Shown here piece after piece: positions 61,603 to 64,000 of a stretch of DNA of 64,000 bases. Below the pieces are notes generated by a model, which made no database searches, was not told the DNA's origin, and was given only the letters and a program-made list of their open reading frames with translations. Where the stretch lies: positions 608,001 to 672,000 of the forward strand of contig OZ244905.1 of assembly GCA_965221695.1 (NCBI GenBank). The letters are read 5' to 3'. The translations under genes were made by a program, and so were the position numbers. Position 1 is the stretch's first letter. The number at the start of each line of letters is the position of its first letter. This DNA comes from Gammaproteobacteria bacterium. GTDB taxonomy: Bacteria > Pseudomonadota > Gammaproteobacteria > Eutrophobiales > Eutrophobiaceae.

Positions 61603-61810
61603 GGCAGACTATCAGGCTATGTGGCGTACCTCCGGTTAAACCCCGGGAGCAAAGCCACCTATCCATAGCGCCAGCCTAAACTCTGCCCAGCGCACTACAT
61701 CGTCGCCCGAACGACCGGAGCGGCGGGTGGGACGGGAGGCGGCATTCGGTGGCGACGCCTGATCAACGGAACCGGTTGTATCGGGATGTATGTTGTTCAT
61801 TTTTGTTCTT

Positions 61811-62023
61811 TCATATCGCTGATCCGGCAGGCATTTGCTGGTAGAAAAGTTCATCAATTTTAGCCTGGGTTCGCGCATGTTCGATTGTCATTCCGACCAA
61901 ACTTCCATTTGCCGCAATATCTATGTAAATATTTTCATTAATCTCCCTGGTTTCATGGACTGATTGCTCAGAAAACTCAATCAATGCAGTATCGGTATCT
62001 TCAAAATATTTAATTTTCATCAT
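61811..62023 (-). CDS. DUF2283-like putative antitoxin
   Basis: MKIKYFEDTDTALIEF...GSLVGMTIEHA. Confidence 0.8.
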   Translation of the reverse strand: MMKIKYFEDTDTALIEFSEQSVHETREINENIYIDIAANGSLVGMTIEHARTQAKIDELFYQQMPAGSAI

Positions 62024-62258
62024 TCGACCTCATAAAACTTCTGTCAAAAAAAGCATTGTGAACCGTCACGCCATCCTCAAGCAAAATGACTCTGAGATAT
62101 TTCTGGGCGTCGGCAATGTAAGCCCATTTTCTGATTCGACCATCCGACTGAATATGTGTCTTGTCCGGTTTATTAACGACATGCTCAATCCATTCAGATT
62201 TGATCTGTATTCTATCTTTTCTCTGCCTCGTATAAAGAAAATATTGAGTAAATTTCAT
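62010..62258 (-). CDS. DUF4258/BrnT-like putative toxin
   Basis: QSDGRIRKW..YLRVILLEDGVTVHNAFFDR; overlaps the DUF2283 gene; AT-rich. Confidence 0.75.
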   Translation of the reverse strand: MKFTQYFLYTRQRKDRIQIKSEWIEHVVNKPDKTHIQSDGRIRKWAYIADAQKYLRVILLEDGVTVHNAFFDRSFMRSNDEN

Positions 62259-62280
62259 TTTTTCAGAAAGACCGGCAATT

Positions 62281-62925
62281 TTACACCTTTGAAAAGACCA
62301 TCTGCCGCATAGACCGGCGGGTGGATTCGATGTGCACTTTCATCTGCAGTTCGGCCAGTTTGGAGTCTCGCAGTTCCAGCGCGGCGATGATATTGCGGTG
62401 GCCGGCCTGGGCTTCCTTCATGCTCTTCATATCACCTGATTTGAGCAGTATGGTGTTGGCGATGTCGGGTACCCGCTGGATCATATCAAACAAGCTGCGA
62501 TTGCCCGAGGCCTGGTGGATCAGGTTATGAAATTCCATATTCAATTCCAGGAACTTGCGGTATTCACCGACACTGCCTTCGGCCAGTTTTTCCATCTGTT
62601 GTTCCAGTTCCCGCAGCGTTTGCAGGTCGTCATCGGTCAACCGCTCTGCGGCCAGGCCGGCGCTGTAACTCTCAAGCATGGAGGCAACGTCAAACGCCTG
62701 TTCGAACTCCTGTTGCGTCAGGTCGGTGACATAGGATCGGCGGTTCTCCCTGATGGTGACCAAACCCTCAGAGGCAAGTCGCTGGATTGCCTGGCGCACC
62801 GGTGTGCGGCTCACGCCGCAAAACTCCGAGAGTTCTTCCTCCTTCAGTTGAAAACCGGGCGCAAAAGCGCCGGACAGGATGGTATTCCTGATCCTGGTGT
62901 AAGCTCGTTCTTTTGCGGTTGCCAT
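62281..62925 (-). CDS. GntR family regulator (FadR/FCD type)
   Basis: GVSRTPVRQAIQRL winged HTH; NMEFH..I..ASGN FCD motif. Confidence 0.92.
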   Translation of the reverse strand: MATAKERAYTRIRNTILSGAFAPGFQLKEEELSEFCGVSRTPVRQAIQRLASEGLVTIRENRRSYVTDLTQQEFEQAFDVASMLESYSAGLAAERLTDDDLQTLRELEQQMEKLAEGSVGEYRKFLELNMEFHNLIHQASGNRSLFDMIQRVPDIANTILLKSGDMKSMKEAQAGHRNIIAALELRDSKLAELQMKVHIESTRRSMRQMVFSKV

Positions 62926-62930
62926 GGCTG

Positions 62931-64000
62931 TTATAACGCGACGATGACCGACTTTGACTCCGTGTATTCATCCACGCCCATGCGGCCGCTTTCGCGTCCC
63001 CAGCCGGACTGCTTGAAACCTCCAAAAGGCAAGGTCTCGTCAAACGCAAGTGGGGTGTTGATCCAGACCATCCCGGCCCTGATCTCAGCAGCCAGGCTAT
63101 GGGCGCGGCTGAGGTCCTTAGTCCAGATGGTCGCGACCAGCCCGTAATCCGTATCGTTGGCAACCCGGGCCACATCCATGATGTCTGCGGTTTCCTTGAA
63201 CGGCGTAGTGACGAGCACCGGCCCGAATATCTCCTCTCTTACCACCCGCATATGCGGTTCGGTCTCGGTCAGTATCGTGGGTTCCATGAAATAACCCCGG
63301 TCACCGTAGGGGTTGCCGCCCAGCAGTACTTGCGCGCCCTCCTCCCTGCCGGACTCGATGTATTCGCATACCCGCTCCCGTTGTCGGGCGGATACCAGCG
63401 GACCCAACTCGGTCTCCGGATCGGTGCCGGGACCGATTTTTGTGTTGCGGGCAATTTCCGCGACGCCATCAACCACATCAGCATATACTTTTTCGTGCGC
63501 CAACAAACGGGAACCGGCAAAACACATCTGGCCGCAATTGAGCAGGATCATCTCCGCGGCGCCGGCGATGGCCTGGTCGAGGTCGGCGTCATCAAAGATG
63601 ACGACCGGTGACTTGCCGCCCAGTTCCATGGACACTTTTTTCAGGTTGCCGGTGGCCGCCTGCACGATTTTCCTGCCGGTTTCGGTGGAGCCGGTAAACG
63701 CAACCTTGTCGATGCCAGGGTGCTCTGCGATAGCTGCGCCGACAACATGCCCGTAACCGGTGATAATGTTGACGACACCGGGTGGGAAGCCGGCCTCCAT
63801 GATCAGCTCGCCGAGCCGTAAGGTGGTGAGCGGTGTTTCTTCCGCCGGCTTCAACACCATCGTGCAGCCAACCGCCAGCGCCGGCCCCATTTTCGCAACC
63901 GCCATCACCAATGGCACGTTCCAGGGCACAATAGCGCCGACGACGCCTATAGGCTCCTTCAGACTGTAAGCATGGTAAGCGGGTCCGCTGGCTTTGTCTC
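62931..64000 (-). CDS. Aldehyde dehydrogenase (phenylacetaldehyde dehydrogenase-like), 5' end beyond the window
   Basis: YSLKEPIGVVGAIVPWN, FTGSTETG, MELGGKSP, GQMC, EEIFGPV, PFGGFKQSGWGRE. Confidence 0.93.
   Translation of the reverse strand, partial: DKASGPAYHAYSLKEPIGVVGAIVPWNVPLVMAVAKMGPALAVGCTMVLKPAEETPLTTLRLGELIMEAGFPPGVVNIITGYGHVVGAAIAEHPGIDKVAFTGSTETGRKIVQAATGNLKKVSMELGGKSPVVIFDDADLDQAIAGAAEMILLNCGQMCFAGSRLLAHEKVYADVVDGVAEIARNTKIGPGTDPETELGPLVSARQRERVCEYIESGREEGAQVLLGGNPYGDRGYFMEPTILTETEPHMRVVREEIFGPVLVTTPFKETADIMDVARVANDTDYGLVATIWTKDLSRAHSLAAEIRAGMVWINTPLAFDETLPFGGFKQSGWGRESGRMGVDEYTESKSVIVAL

Noticed and set aside
61636-61878. 80-aa ORF after the TA pair
   Set aside because: Overlaps the antitoxin gene and has no recognisable motif; a shorter peptide from 61800 cannot be supported.

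Overview
Chromosomal window of a moderately GC-rich bacterium, most likely a Gammaproteobacterium (rph-rdgB-hemW and yicC core genes; a marine or host-associated lifestyle is suggested by the TonB receptors and sulfatases but is only inference). In order: a partial molybdopterin oxidoreductase and TPMT; bkdR-bkdA1A2B; gloB; two F420 genes (cofC, npdG); tRNA-Gln(CTG) followed by an AT-rich ACC deaminase flanked by two copies of a decayed P4-type integrase fragment; an RND pump placed between rdgB and hemW; an AT-rich islet between rph and yicC (serralysin-like protease with FG-GAP insert, HigB remnant, divergent RlmJ-like protein, AlbA/Schlafen-HATPase); purine catabolism genes; a compact denitrification module; and a ~23 kb aryl-sulfate/aromatic catabolic region (two TonB receptors, two arylsulfatases, an arylsulfotransferase, a gamma-resorcylate-type decarboxylase, E1a/E1b plus a stand-alone lipoyl domain, an SpdH-like oxidase, GntR, ALDH). 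The best candidate for an undescribed system is at 33.7-40.4 kb: a heme-class TonB-dependent receptor and a di-heme NirS each preceded by a TTGAT-N4-GTCAA FNR/DNR box, next to a DNR-type regulator and with no heme d1 biosynthesis genes in the window, suggesting DNR-controlled import of heme (possibly heme d1) for nitrite reductase. Several families of structured miniature repeat elements occur between genes, one with clear base-pair covariation between copies.
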